Below are positions 27,130-36,997 of a stretch of 64,000 bases of DNA, piece after piece. Source of the stretch: a virus; the IMG/VR virus record IMGVR_UViG_3300045988_149468, positions 75,803-139,802 of that record; one strand, given 5' to 3'. Position 1 is the first letter of the stretch. Every line of letters begins with the position of its first letter. The notes beneath the pieces were generated by a model. That model was not told the DNA's origin and did no database searches. It was given only the letters and a program-made list of their open reading frames with translations. Made by a program: the position numbers and the translations under genes.

Positions 27130-27993
27130 TTAATTTCTATATTGTGCCTGTTTATAATATTTGCAATTTCTCCCACATAAGTTTTTACAGAAAAAAGTGT
27201 TTATATTTTCTGGAATCCAATCTTTTTCATCATCGACATCTTTAAATGATATATCAAAATAAGTATCGATCACATACTGTTTTAATTTTTCTATCATTTT
27301 ACTATTATATTGTACTTCTACTAATAATGGTGCTATATATTCATCTTCATCTGTCATTTCACATCTTTCTATAGTTTTTAACTTGCCTGTTTCACCACTC
27401 CTTATTTTGCAATATTTCAACATATAAAAAACTGGATTTAATATTTTATAGTCTCTATATTCTTCACCTAAAGTATCCTTAATAACCATTGAATAAAGTA
27501 TAAGTTGAAATACTTTACTAGATTCTAAATCTTTTTTACTAAATTTACTACTGCTTTTCCAATCGAGAATCTGTATTGTTTTGTTTTTATGATCTATTAA
27601 TACTAAATCGATATATCCCTTAAATTCTAAACCACAAAATATATAATGAAATTCCAATTCTTGTAACATTTCTTTGTCTTTAAAATTCTCAAATGTTTCA
27701 AAAGCATGAATTATATCTTTATAATATTTTTCACCACTTTTAGGGGTTGGAAATTTCATTCCATCTTTTATACATTTTTTATATGCTTTATCAAAACTTT
27801 CTATTGCTTCTTCCTTTGTTCTTTTACCTTGTGTCATCAATTCATAGCTTTCATGAATTTCAGTGCCTAATATTCCATATACGTTGTTGTCACCTCTATC
27901 TTTTTTAACATAAGATAAATACCAATCATATATACAAGAATGATAACTGCTTATCTTACTATAAGAATATCGTTCGACTTTTTTTTCACCCAT
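27130..27993 (-). CDS. PD-(D/E)XK nuclease, Cas4/RecB-like exonuclease with a Cys cluster
   Basis: GYIDLVLIDHKNKTIQILDWKSS (D...D.K), an N-terminal Cys (SYHSC) and C-terminal FFCKNLCGRNC, consistent with an Fe-S Cas4-type nuclease. Confidence 0.65.
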   Translation of the reverse strand: MGEKKVERYSYSKISSYHSCIYDWYLSYVKKDRGDNNVYGILGTEIHESYELMTQGKRTKEEAIESFDKAYKKCIKDGMKFPTPKSGEKYYKDIIHAFETFENFKDKEMLQELEFHYIFCGLEFKGYIDLVLIDHKNKTIQILDWKSSSKFSKKDLESSKVFQLILYSMVIKDTLGEEYRDYKILNPVFYMLKYCKIRSGETGKLKTIERCEMTDEDEYIAPLLVEVQYNSKMIEKLKQYVIDTYFDISFKDVDDEKDWIPENINTFFCKNLCGRNCKYYKQAQYRN

Positions 27994-28025
27994 TAAATCA
28001 CCCACCTTATTAAGAATCATTTTTT

Positions 28026-28232
28026 TTAATAAGGTATATTCAATCTACCATCGGAATCTTCAGTTATGAATCTAACTTTAGCACCTATTATTTTTACATT
28101 AGAATATTTGCTTCTTATTAAATCATCTATTTCTCTTTCTAAATCATCCATAATAACATTCATTTCATCTACATTTCTATCTTTTATTAAAATATTAGTT
28201 GACATTGTGAATCCTACAATTTTATTTTTCAT
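28026..28232 (-). CDS. hypothetical protein
   Basis: SD aaggagg before the ATG. Confidence 0.4.
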   Translation of the reverse strand: MKNKIVGFTMSTNILIKDRNVDEMNVIMDDLEREIDDLIRSKYSNVKIIGAKVRFITEDSDGRLNIPY

Positions 28233-28254
28233 TAATATTCCTCCTTATTAACCA

Positions 28255-28461
28255 TTATGCTTTATTAAATTCATCTCTTAATATATCACTTACATTTCTT
28301 AAAGTATTAATTATACTATTTTCCAATCTTAAATATTCTTCCACATCTTCTTTATTTATATCCATTTCATTTTGAAAAAATGACATTAAAGATTGTATAG
28401 CAAATTTTTCTTGTAATAACGCATTGTATAATTTGTGTCTTGTATCATTATCTAAGTACAT
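28255..28461 (-). CDS. hypothetical protein
   Basis: Preceded by the promoter-leader cassette. Confidence 0.4.
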   Translation of the reverse strand: MYLDNDTRHKLYNALLQEKFAIQSLMSFFQNEMDINKEDVEEYLRLENSIINTLRNVSDILRDEFNKA

Positions 28462-28495
28462 TAATTATCAACTCCTTATTAATTTCTATATTTAT

Positions 28496-28524
28496 ATATT
28501 ACCATATTTAACAATTTTTGTCAA
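28496..28524 (-). promoter_or_regulatory. sigma-A-type promoter, cassette copy
   Basis: TTGACA, 17 nt, TAATAT, then ataaatatagaaattaataaggag. Confidence 0.65.
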
Positions 28525-28654
28525 TGTATTTTAAATATTCTATTAATAAATTTTCGTATAATCTTTCTAATGCTAAATTATCAGCTATTGTATTTTCTAT
28601 ATATATAATTCTTCACTTGCCTTTCTCATTTCCTTCATTACCGTTATTATGTGT

Positions 28655-29437
28655 TTAATCCGTTATTTCAACTTCGTAATTATATAGAGCTTGATATAAT
28701 TTATCAGGTATTCTACCTTTATAATAATCAGCTACTTGTTTGATGTATTTTTCTTTATAATGCTTGTAAACTTTAAACGCCTCTACTTCTGTGTTATAAT
28801 AACCCAAATATTCGTTTTTAGATTTTCCAGTTTCTGGATTGATTAAATTACAATTTGCTTGATATACTTTATCTCTTTTATGATAACTTGTACCTATGAC
28901 TGATTCTCCTCTCTTCTTATCGCTTTTAATAAATAATTTATTAATATCCTGAGGTACATAAATACAAGTTTCAGGGCTATAAATTTTGTTGCCTTTAACT
29001 AAAATATCCTTGTCAAGGCACATTTGTTGTCCTTCAACTGTATAGAAGTTTTCCTCATCCCATTCTCCAAAGTTCTGAAAGTTTAACCATTTTTCACTAG
29101 TGTTACAATCTTTATAAGTAAGATGTTTTTTATGCTCTTTCTCGCAATAGCATCTTCTTAACATATCATACCAAGTTTGATAAACTCTAGTAGATTTTCT
29201 ATTTTTACTAACGCTATAATCTCCTTCCCCTAAATAAGCAATTCCATAATATCTCTTTTCATAAGGACATTTTACATTACCTTTTTTAAAATTACTATAG
29301 TCTGCATTTTTAAAAGTCCAATTATATTCTGGAAAATAAATATCTACATCTGAGTATTTTCTATATTTAGTTATTATCATTTCACTTCCAAATGTATCAA
29401 TTCTTGTTTCACCTATTCTATCTACTTTACTACCCAT
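28655..29437 (-). CDS. AP2-domain homing-endonuclease-like protein, paralog 1 of 3
   Basis: Shares end-to-end similarity with 32062..32844 and 40164..40943. LDKDILVKGNKIYSPETCIYVP is a degenerate HNH-like segment. C-terminal GTSYHKRDKVYQA...LGYYNTEVEAFKVY is an AP2-like DNA-binding domain. Confidence 0.5.
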   Translation of the reverse strand: MGSKVDRIGETRIDTFGSEMIITKYRKYSDVDIYFPEYNWTFKNADYSNFKKGNVKCPYEKRYYGIAYLGEGDYSVSKNRKSTRVYQTWYDMLRRCYCEKEHKKHLTYKDCNTSEKWLNFQNFGEWDEENFYTVEGQQMCLDKDILVKGNKIYSPETCIYVPQDINKLFIKSDKKRGESVIGTSYHKRDKVYQANCNLINPETGKSKNEYLGYYNTEVEAFKVYKHYKEKYIKQVADYYKGRIPDKLYQALYNYEVEITD

Positions 29438-29452
29438 ATTAATCATCCTCCT

Positions 29453-30460
29453 TTAATTAATAATCATACATTCATTGCATAGTTTTTCAAATATTTCCCT
29501 TCCCTGATCCGTAGGAGAAACTTTACTACCCTTTTTCATATACTTATTATTTTTATCCCATATTATTCCAATTTTTACATCTCTCATAAAAAGACAATCC
29601 TTAATAGTTTTTATATCTCTTTTTATTACTTCAACATCTAGCCCCTCATCTAATGACAGTATTATTTCTGTTACATTCAATTTTAATAAATGTTCTACTT
29701 GTATTTGTGAAATACTGTTACCACCAAGACTAACACAATTGTACACCTCAAAACTATCACATTGCATAACACTCTTCTCTGATTCATAGACGAACACTCT
29801 ATTATTTTTAATATATTCCTTATTTTGATACAATCCATATAGGTGTTTGTGTTTTGGAAACGCTACAAGAGGGAGGTATTTATAGTTTGTTTTTTTATCT
29901 GAATCTATACGTCCAATAATTCCTATGAGATTTCCATCTATATCAAAATGAGGGATTGTAATCCTATTACTACTTTCATCATACCCTATATGATATTTAT
30001 ACTGAGAACAAGGAAGTATTCCGTCATTTAAGAATCTCATATTCCATTTATACTTTGAGTATTGGTCTAATATTGATGGATCATATATAATTTCATCATT
30101 TTCTTCTTGTTGAGGTAAATAAATATCATTGAAAAAATCATCAAATATACCTGCTTCTTTTTTGTGATGACCATTTACTTTTTTGTTAGTCATTGTTTTA
30201 ATCGTATTAATTATTTCTTTATATGATAAATCTGTATGTGTAGCTATTAAACCAACTAAATCACCATTATAAGATGTTGTAAAGTCTGTAGCTGATAAAT
30301 TATCATTTAATTTTATCCTACAGCCACTAGGGTTATTTCCATCAATTTTTGCAAATCTTATTTCATTGTTATTAATTGTTATACTGTGATAATTATAGTA
30401 TTCTAATATCCTTTTGATCTTATCTGGATTTTCTTTTAAATATAGTTTTAATTCCTCCAT
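29453..30460 (-). CDS. dnaG: DNA primase (TOPRIM, DnaG-like)
   Basis: VFVYESEKSVMQ (TOPRIM Glu) and ILSLDEG (DxD-like). No N-terminal zinc finger is evident. Confidence 0.55.
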   Translation of the reverse strand: MEELKLYLKENPDKIKRILEYYNYHSITINNNEIRFAKIDGNNPSGCRIKLNDNLSATDFTTSYNGDLVGLIATHTDLSYKEIINTIKTMTNKKVNGHHKKEAGIFDDFFNDIYLPQQEENDEIIYDPSILDQYSKYKWNMRFLNDGILPCSQYKYHIGYDESSNRITIPHFDIDGNLIGIIGRIDSDKKTNYKYLPLVAFPKHKHLYGLYQNKEYIKNNRVFVYESEKSVMQCDSFEVYNCVSLGGNSISQIQVEHLLKLNVTEIILSLDEGLDVEVIKRDIKTIKDCLFMRDVKIGIIWDKNNKYMKKGSKVSPTDQGREIFEKLCNECMIIN

Positions 30461-30473
30461 ATAGGCTAATCAC

Positions 30474-32033
30474 CTACTTTTTACTGAATTTATTTTGTTG
30501 TTGATTAATGTTTCCTCTTTTTGGTTTTCCTAGACATAATTCGCTAATCCCACCACTAAATCCATTAAAATTAAGTATTACACATTCTCCTGTTTCACTA
30601 CTCGTACTGCATGAACGAGATTTAGTAATAAACATACAACGATAATTACCATTTCTATCTAATTCTACTTTTTCTGCTTTCCATTTACCATCTTGAGTTT
30701 TAACTCTTCTAAATGGTTCTATATAGAATCTGTTATTCGGGTCAAGTTCTTCTTTATAAAGTTGTCTCATACATAATAAAGTAGATAAAACTTCGTTGAC
30801 TTGTTTTGCTTCGGCTAATTGTGATATAGTTAAGAATAATTCGCCAGAAAAAGTTTGTGATTGCTGGATGGCAAATATTATAGCAACGTTATATAATTTA
30901 CTTAATTTTAAAAACGTTCTACTATCCATTATTAAATTCTTATATGATTGTTCTCTTTCTAAATCTGATCCTTTTAGAGTATCATAAAGAAACACATCTA
31001 TATTAGATTTTAGTACATATTTTTTTAATGTTTTTTCAACAGATTTCATATTAGCATCTGCCATATCTGATAATATTATTTTATCCGAATAATGTTCATT
31101 ATAATACTTTCTTGCTAATTCAACATATTTTTTATCTTCATCTGATAAACCCCCACTTTGAAGTTTCTTTTTATTAATTTTTCTATATCCTAATTCATAA
31201 TACATAATATATGTAAAAAAACTTATAAAGAAATCTGGAATCTCCATTTCATTCGTTAATATTAACACTTTATTTCCATTACTAGCTAGAGACATACACA
31301 ATTGAGTTAAAAATGTTGTTTTACCTGCATTAACTGTAGCAGAGATTGCTGAAACTTGTTTTTTCTTAAACCCAAGTAATTCTTTAGATAAATATGGACA
31401 AAAATTTTGTTCACCTATTTTATCAAAAAGCATACCCACTTTTTCGCCAGAATATAATCTTTCTAAAAAATCTTCTCCTATTTCCCCTTCGTGAGTATGT
31501 ATATCATTTGTTACATAAGATACATCAATATATTCGTTACTTCTACTTTGATAATAATTTAAAAATTCATCGGTAGACATTTTACTGGCTAGATCCATCC
31601 AAGATATTTGAATTTGACCTTTTTTAGTTTCTATTGTTATTTCTCTTTCTAAATCCATTCCATCGTTATATAAGTTTATTAATAAATTATGAAGTAATAA
31701 TTTATCTAAATAACTTTCAAAATTTTCAGTAGTAGTTGTTTTAGCCAATATTTCAAATGATTTAAATCCGCCTATATTTAAATACTCTTTTATTATCTCA
31801 CCATTTAAATTTAATCTTATATCTGTATCGGTAACTTTAGATACATTTTCATCACTAAGTTTATTTAGTATAGTAAATATTAGCTCCCCTTCTTTAGTGA
31901 TAAATAAATCCGTTGTCAAATCATATTCTTTAAGTAAATATATATCATTTATACAACATCCTAAAACGACACCTTCCATACTTTTTCTATTTTTTTGTAA
32001 ATACTGTGGTAATTCTTCAAAATTTATTTTCAT
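30474..32033 (-). CDS. dnaB: replicative DNA helicase (DnaB-like)
   Basis: Walker A SATVNAGKTTFLTQ and a RecA-like C-terminal domain. The N-terminal MEGVVLGCCINDIYLL resembles the DnaB N-domain. Confidence 0.7.
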   Translation of the reverse strand: MKINFEELPQYLQKNRKSMEGVVLGCCINDIYLLKEYDLTTDLFITKEGELIFTILNKLSDENVSKVTDTDIRLNLNGEIIKEYLNIGGFKSFEILAKTTTTENFESYLDKLLLHNLLINLYNDGMDLEREITIETKKGQIQISWMDLASKMSTDEFLNYYQSRSNEYIDVSYVTNDIHTHEGEIGEDFLERLYSGEKVGMLFDKIGEQNFCPYLSKELLGFKKKQVSAISATVNAGKTTFLTQLCMSLASNGNKVLILTNEMEIPDFFISFFTYIMYYELGYRKINKKKLQSGGLSDEDKKYVELARKYYNEHYSDKIILSDMADANMKSVEKTLKKYVLKSNIDVFLYDTLKGSDLEREQSYKNLIMDSRTFLKLSKLYNVAIIFAIQQSQTFSGELFLTISQLAEAKQVNEVLSTLLCMRQLYKEELDPNNRFYIEPFRRVKTQDGKWKAEKVELDRNGNYRCMFITKSRSCSTSSETGECVILNFNGFSGGISELCLGKPKRGNINQQQNKFSKK

Positions 32034-32061
32034 ATTTTCATCTCCTTATTAATTTATATAT

Positions 32062-32844
32062 TTAGTCAGTTATTTCAACTTGATAATTGTACATCGCATT
32101 ATATAATTTACTTGGAATTTTATCTTTGTAATAATCTGCAGCTTCTTTTATATTTTGTTCTTTAAATTTTTTATAAGATTCAAATGCTTCTTCTGACGTT
32201 TCATAATATCCTAAACGCTTTCTTTCAATTTTATTTTCTTCATAATCATAAATACTACATTGTGATATAAATTTTTTAGCATATTTATCATAACTAACGC
32301 CTATAGGATATTCTCCTCTATGATTTTGTCTTTTGGCAAATAATAAATTTATTTTTTCTGGAACAAATACAGAAGTTTCTGGAGAATATATCTTATTATC
32401 TTTAACTAAAATATCTTTATCTAAACACATTTTTTCACCTTCAATTTCGTAGTAATTATCATCAAACCATAATCCAAAGTTTTGAAAATTTAACAAATCC
32501 TTATAAACCTCACAGCCTTTATATGTTGATTCTTTTTCATGAAATTTAAAGTCATAACATCTTTTTAACATACTACGCCAAACTTCATAACATTTTGTAT
32601 GCTCTCCATTTTCTTTACTTTTATATTTACCTTCTCCTAAACATCCATGTTCATACACTCTAGGTTCATAAGGACATTTTATTTTTCCTTTTTTAAACTG
32701 ATTATATCCTGTATTTTTAAAAGTCCAATTATACTCTGGAAAATATACATCTATATCTGAATATTTTCTATATCTCACTATAATCATTTTACTTCCAAAA
32801 TTATTAATGTTCTCTTCACCTACTCTATTAACTTTACTCCTCAT
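32062..32844 (-). CDS. AP2-domain homing-endonuclease-like protein, paralog 2 of 3
   Basis: See 28655..29437. Ends with the same NYQVEITD tail. Confidence 0.5.
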   Translation of the reverse strand: MRSKVNRVGEENINNFGSKMIIVRYRKYSDIDVYFPEYNWTFKNTGYNQFKKGKIKCPYEPRVYEHGCLGEGKYKSKENGEHTKCYEVWRSMLKRCYDFKFHEKESTYKGCEVYKDLLNFQNFGLWFDDNYYEIEGEKMCLDKDILVKDNKIYSPETSVFVPEKINLLFAKRQNHRGEYPIGVSYDKYAKKFISQCSIYDYEENKIERKRLGYYETSEEAFESYKKFKEQNIKEAADYYKDKIPSKLYNAMYNYQVEITD

Positions 32845-32859
32845 AATATCACCTCATTT

Positions 32860-33423
32860 TTATAAACCTAATATGTCATTAATATTTCTTCTTTTTTCTT
32901 TCTTTTTAACATTAACCACTATGTCAAAATCATCAAAATATTCATCAACTTCTACTTCTTTGATTTTTGGTTCAATCTTAGGCTCTTCTTTATCAACTTG
33001 ATATCTTTCTAATTGATTTTCTAACATTACTAAACAATATTTAATTCTACTTGCACTCGTTTTAAAATCTTTACTGTCTAATAAATCCATTATATCTTTT
33101 TCGTTTTTACAAGTGTATTCGTATATTAATTCATTATCAAATTTATCAGTTAATATTTTATAAGTGCTAGAAAAATATATACTTTTTTCTTTTTCTCCTA
33201 ATCCACATAATGATCTGCACATTTCTCTCGCTTCTTTTTTCATCTCTTTTGCTCTTTTTTCTTTCAATTCTTTTTCTTCTTGTTGTTTATGATATTTGTC
33301 GCATTCATCTTCATTGCAAAAATATCTATTTCTTACAGTCATTGATTTAGTTAAATACTCTTCTTTGAACGCTAATTCTTTATCTATTGACTCTCCACAA
33401 TATTTACATTTTACGGTACTCAT
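32860..33423 (-). CDS. hypothetical zinc-ribbon / coiled-coil protein
   Basis: N-terminal CKYCG...CNEDEC and a K/E-rich middle. Confidence 0.4.
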   Translation of the reverse strand: MSTVKCKYCGESIDKELAFKEEYLTKSMTVRNRYFCNEDECDKYHKQQEEKELKEKRAKEMKKEAREMCRSLCGLGEKEKSIYFSSTYKILTDKFDNELIYEYTCKNEKDIMDLLDSKDFKTSASRIKYCLVMLENQLERYQVDKEEPKIEPKIKEVEVDEYFDDFDIVVNVKKKEKRRNINDILGL

Positions 33424-33455
33424 AATATCAACTCCTTATTAATTATTATACTTAT

Positions 33456-33484
33456 ATTATATATTATATACCAAATTATGTCAA
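33456..33484 (-). promoter_or_regulatory. sigma-A-type promoter, cassette copy
   Basis: TTGACA, 17 nt, TATAAT, then ataagtataataattaataaggag. Confidence 0.65.
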
Positions 33485-33487
33485 TGG

Positions 33488-33525
33488 TTTTTTTAAATAA
33501 AATGAGGCGGATAATTATCCACCTC
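33488..33525 (-). terminator. terminator hairpin whose 5' arm is an orphan leader motif
   Basis: Minus strand attaataaGAGGTGGAtaattaTCCGCCTCattttattt. 8-bp stem with 1 mismatch. Confidence 0.45.
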
Positions 33526-33535
33526 TTATTAATTA

Positions 33536-34624
33536 CTACATTAATGTTAATGCTTTTTCTAATTCTTCTATTGTTAATTCACTTACTTTAGTTTTATTAC
33601 ATTCGTTTTTGACATATTCTAATAATGCTGTTCTTTGTTCTTTTGTTTGTGCTTTATCTTTTATTTGCGCCATTAATTCTTTTTTACTTACTTTTTCATC
33701 TTCTTTTTGTTCTTCTTCTACTTCTTGTTGTACTTTTTGTAATTCTATTTCAGTTTGTTTCTTTTCTTCTTTTATTGATTCTTCAACTTCTTTTTCTGTT
33801 AATGGATTACTTGCTGAGTTTCTCATACCATCTTTTATTGTTTTCAAGAAATCTTTAGCAAATTGTCTTTGATCTGAATCAACAACTAAATATTCTGGAA
33901 CAGTATCATTGGCAAATCTGCAACCTGCTTCTAATGTAGTAGTGCCCCTGAAGTATAATCTTCTTTCTGTAGATTCTATTTTTCCATCTACAACATTTTT
34001 ATCTACAAGACCAGTTAAGACTAAATCAAATATGTCAGCAAATATTGATTCATAAGTATTAGGAAGGTTAGATGTTAATATTTGATATCCTTCATCTTCA
34101 TTTTTACCTTTTTCAACTATTGTTTTCATTTTTGTATGTGAAATACACATTATACCAAAACCTGCTTTATAAAGAGTTGTGAAATATTCTTTTATTAATT
34201 CTTTAACTTTAGCTTGACCTGATCCGTACCCACCTAGAGCTTTATTGATTGAGTCACAAGGTTTACCTGTTTGAATTTGACTTAATCTACAAACTTCTTT
34301 TTCAGCTATTGGTATGATTTCATCCACCACATCGAAGCAAACCATTTCTATATTATGTTCAGTACCTTTACCTTTTATTAAAAATTGTGATAGTTCCTTT
34401 AAATCTTTCCAATTATTCACATGAGTTGTTTGTAGGTTGTCAAGTAGTGTATAGCCGATTTCATTTCCTACACCACAAAGTAACCCTTTACTAGCATCAC
34501 CATTATATTCTTCTAATATTATATTTCTAAACAAGGTACTTTTCCCGAATTTACTAACGGCTCTTAAATATATTCTTAATTTGTTTAAATTATTTGTACT
34601 TTTATTCATTGTTATTTTTATCAT
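33536..34624 (-). CDS. AAA_24 / Sak4-like RecA-fold recombination ATPase
   Basis: Walker A AVSKFGKSTLF and Walker B MVCFDVVDE, with an E/K-rich C-terminal tail. ATG 34624 follows SD ggaggt. Confidence 0.55.
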   Translation of the reverse strand: MIKITMNKSTNNLNKLRIYLRAVSKFGKSTLFRNIILEEYNGDASKGLLCGVGNEIGYTLLDNLQTTHVNNWKDLKELSQFLIKGKGTEHNIEMVCFDVVDEIIPIAEKEVCRLSQIQTGKPCDSINKALGGYGSGQAKVKELIKEYFTTLYKAGFGIMCISHTKMKTIVEKGKNEDEGYQILTSNLPNTYESIFADIFDLVLTGLVDKNVVDGKIESTERRLYFRGTTTLEAGCRFANDTVPEYLVVDSDQRQFAKDFLKTIKDGMRNSASNPLTEKEVEESIKEEKKQTEIELQKVQQEVEEEQKEDEKVSKKELMAQIKDKAQTKEQRTALLEYVKNECNKTKVSELTIEELEKALTLM

Positions 34625-34703
34625 AATACCAACCTCCAATATTTATTAACTAATATTTTTTATTCCCAACCTCTTCCACCCTATTATTAATTTCTATATT
34701 CAA

Positions 34704-35831
34704 TTAAAATGGTAATAAATCATCATCACCAAATATATTTAAATCATCGTCTGAATTTTCGTTTAAATCTACATTTACTTCTTTTTTTACATCTGTTTCT
34801 GGTTTAGATAATAATTGTTCTATTGTTAATTCAACTGGAATTGCACCTTTCGAATATCCCCTATTAATAGTTAATACACTCATTTTTTCTATTCTACTTC
34901 CCATTCCTAACCCGTATTGAGCTTCCAAATCTTTCATATCCATTAATCCTAATTCAACCATTTCTTTTTCATCGTCTGATAACATTTCAGGATTGAATTC
35001 TAACTCTTCTCTTCTATTTATTAGATCAACTTTAAATCCTATTTTACATAATTGATTTTCATCAAAATTATCTAATAATAATTTCTTAATTACTTTTAAT
35101 TTTCTTTGAGCCAATTCACCTTCAGCATTTAATGGATATTCTATTGATTTATAAAATCCTATATCTGCTTTTTTCTTACCATCATATTGTGGTATATATC
35201 CATTCACTACTAATAAATTTTCATCTTCTAGTCTGTCTTCATTGATACAATCTTCTGTTATGTACATTTCTATACTTGCTGATGCTTCTTCCTCTGTATC
35301 ATCTGGTACAACATATATTCTATTTACTGAATAATTAGTGAATGTTTGTTCTTGATTAGTTTTTTCATTAAACCAACTAGTATATTCAATTTCACCAATT
35401 ACTCTAAATTTAGCATTGTCAAATTTTCCACTTGTTAATTCATTATAAACAAATTCACTATAATCAAATTCATTACAAAATTCATATCTTTCATTATCAT
35501 TAACAAATACCATTTTTTTAAATTCTGCTATGTTTTTCATGTGTTTTTCTTTATCTTTATATTTAAACTTAACACTATTATACTTACCTTCTGAATCTTG
35601 TTCTAATGAATATATATCTGAATCATTTACATTTATTGCACCATCACTTTTTTTAGCTGAATTTAAAAATCCTTTTATTTGAGGTGAAAAGAAATCTTTA
35701 TCTGATTTCATATTTAATTTTAAACTTCTAAATATTCCACCTTTATCAGTTAATTTATCTTCAAATGCTCTATGTTTATCTGAATCCTTTGCGACTGATA
35801 GATTACCAACCATTGTAAATTTTATTCCCAT
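34704..35831 (-). CDS. single-stranded DNA-binding protein-like (atypical, long)
   Basis: The C-terminus FGDDDLLPF matches the SSB acidic tip (DDDIPF). The OB-fold assignment of the N-part is inferred only. Confidence 0.45.
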   Translation of the reverse strand: MGIKFTMVGNLSVAKDSDKHRAFEDKLTDKGGIFRSLKLNMKSDKDFFSPQIKGFLNSAKKSDGAINVNDSDIYSLEQDSEGKYNSVKFKYKDKEKHMKNIAEFKKMVFVNDNERYEFCNEFDYSEFVYNELTSGKFDNAKFRVIGEIEYTSWFNEKTNQEQTFTNYSVNRIYVVPDDTEEEASASIEMYITEDCINEDRLEDENLLVVNGYIPQYDGKKKADIGFYKSIEYPLNAEGELAQRKLKVIKKLLLDNFDENQLCKIGFKVDLINRREELEFNPEMLSDDEKEMVELGLMDMKDLEAQYGLGMGSRIEKMSVLTINRGYSKGAIPVELTIEQLLSKPETDVKKEVNVDLNENSDDDLNIFGDDDLLPF

Positions 35832-35908
35832 AATATCGACCTCCAATATTTATTAATTAATATTTTTGTATCCCACCCAACCAATCCCTTATTAATTACT
35901 ATATTAAT

Positions 35909-35937
35909 ATATTACTACATTTTACATTATTTGTCAA
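35909..35937 (-). promoter_or_regulatory. sigma-A-type promoter, cassette copy
   Basis: TTGACA, 17 nt, TAATAT, then attaatatagtaattaataaggg. Confidence 0.65.
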
Positions 35938-36103
35938 TATCTAATTTTATTTCTTTTAAAAATCTACCAATTGTATATAATTTATCTTTATAATCTACTA
36001 AATATTTTTCTTCATTTTTTAATTTTAAATCTTTTTCCGCCTCCATCAAAGTACTATATTCTTTTATATATTTCATATTTCCCATTGAAACTAATTTTAT
36101 CAT
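35927..36103 (-). CDS. hypothetical protein (58 aa, below track cutoff)
   Basis: ATG 36103 lies downstream of the cassette. Sequence MIKLVSMGNMKYIKEYSTLMEAEKDLKLK... The 3' end contains the next TTGACA. Confidence 0.35.
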   Translation of the reverse strand: MIKLVSMGNMKYIKEYSTLMEAEKDLKLKNEEKYLVDYKDKLYTIGRFLKEIKLDIDK

Positions 36104-36140
36104 TAAACATCATCAACTCCTTATTAATTTATATATTCAT

Positions 36141-36169
36141 ATAATATCATATTTGTTAAATCTTGTCAA
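36141..36169 (-). promoter_or_regulatory. sigma-A-type promoter, cassette copy
   Basis: TTGACA, 17 nt, TATTAT, then atgaatatataaattaataaggag. Confidence 0.65.
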
Positions 36170-36177
36170 TGACTATT

Positions 36178-36903
36178 TTATTTTTTAGGAGTACCACAAG
36201 ACAATTTGCCTTCGGGACAAACACCATAAACACATGGGGCATCTATCCTACTAAATAATATTGGGCAAACTTCTTTACATTCTTGTAACATTAGTTCTGC
36301 TAATTGTCTTATTTCACTTTGCGCTCTATGACATAATCTTTTACTAAAGAAATTATATAAACTTCTAACATTCATACTTACTATTATTTTAGTTTCACTT
36401 GCATTTGGTAAAACATATCTAGCATTTTCATTTGCAACTTTAGTACTATTCATACCATATGTAGGATAATCTGTATCTTCCACAAATTGTTTTATATTAC
36501 TTTGCCATTTCAAGTACATTTTATGTATTTTTAATATATCTTGTTCATATTCTTTTATAGCATCCTCACCCATCGCTATTATAACATCAGGTGTGATAAA
36601 TTCAAATTTACCTTCTTCCTCCTTTACATAACGTTGTGATTGTTGACTATAAGATGCAATTCTATGTCTTACTAGTTGGTGAGAACAGCATCTTGATATT
36701 CCTTCTATTGCAAAAGTAAAAGAACAATGTTCTAATGGACTTTCATGTCCCATATCAACTAAATTCTTTATAAATGTTTGTATTTTTTCTTCAGTTAAAT
36801 TTTCTTCTAGTTCATCTATTCCTACTGGTGAATAACATAATTTACCTGCCATTGCAACTACTTTTTCTAATCCCTGTGTATAACCTATTAATTTACATTT
36901 CAT
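36178..36903 (-). CDS. thyX: flavin-dependent thymidylate synthase
   Basis: RHRIASYSQQSQRY is the ThyX signature RHRxxSxxxxSxR. Confidence 0.85.
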   Translation of the reverse strand: MKCKLIGYTQGLEKVVAMAGKLCYSPVGIDELEENLTEEKIQTFIKNLVDMGHESPLEHCSFTFAIEGISRCCSHQLVRHRIASYSQQSQRYVKEEEGKFEFITPDVIIAMGEDAIKEYEQDILKIHKMYLKWQSNIKQFVEDTDYPTYGMNSTKVANENARYVLPNASETKIIVSMNVRSLYNFFSKRLCHRAQSEIRQLAELMLQECKEVCPILFSRIDAPCVYGVCPEGKLSCGTPKK

Positions 36904-36997
36904 ATTAATTACCTCCTAATACAATTTTTTTATTTTTTTCTACTGTAAGCCTTTTTAGTTTTTACTCCATAAATATTATACTATATAAAAGATAGAA

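Noticed and set aside
15354-32033. Inteins in RNR, DnaB-like helicase or DnaE
   Set aside because: Protein lengths and motif spacing look uninterrupted. No C/S...HN-C/S/T splice-junction blocks or LAGLIDADG/HNH inserts occur inside these ORFs. The dnaE interruption is at the RNA (intron) level.
33609-33872. Two overlapping + strand ORFs (33609..33872 and 33625..33858) with extreme L/F/S composition
   Set aside because: They mirror the E/K-rich C-terminal tail of the Sak4-like gene on the opposite strand, so they are a compositional artefact.
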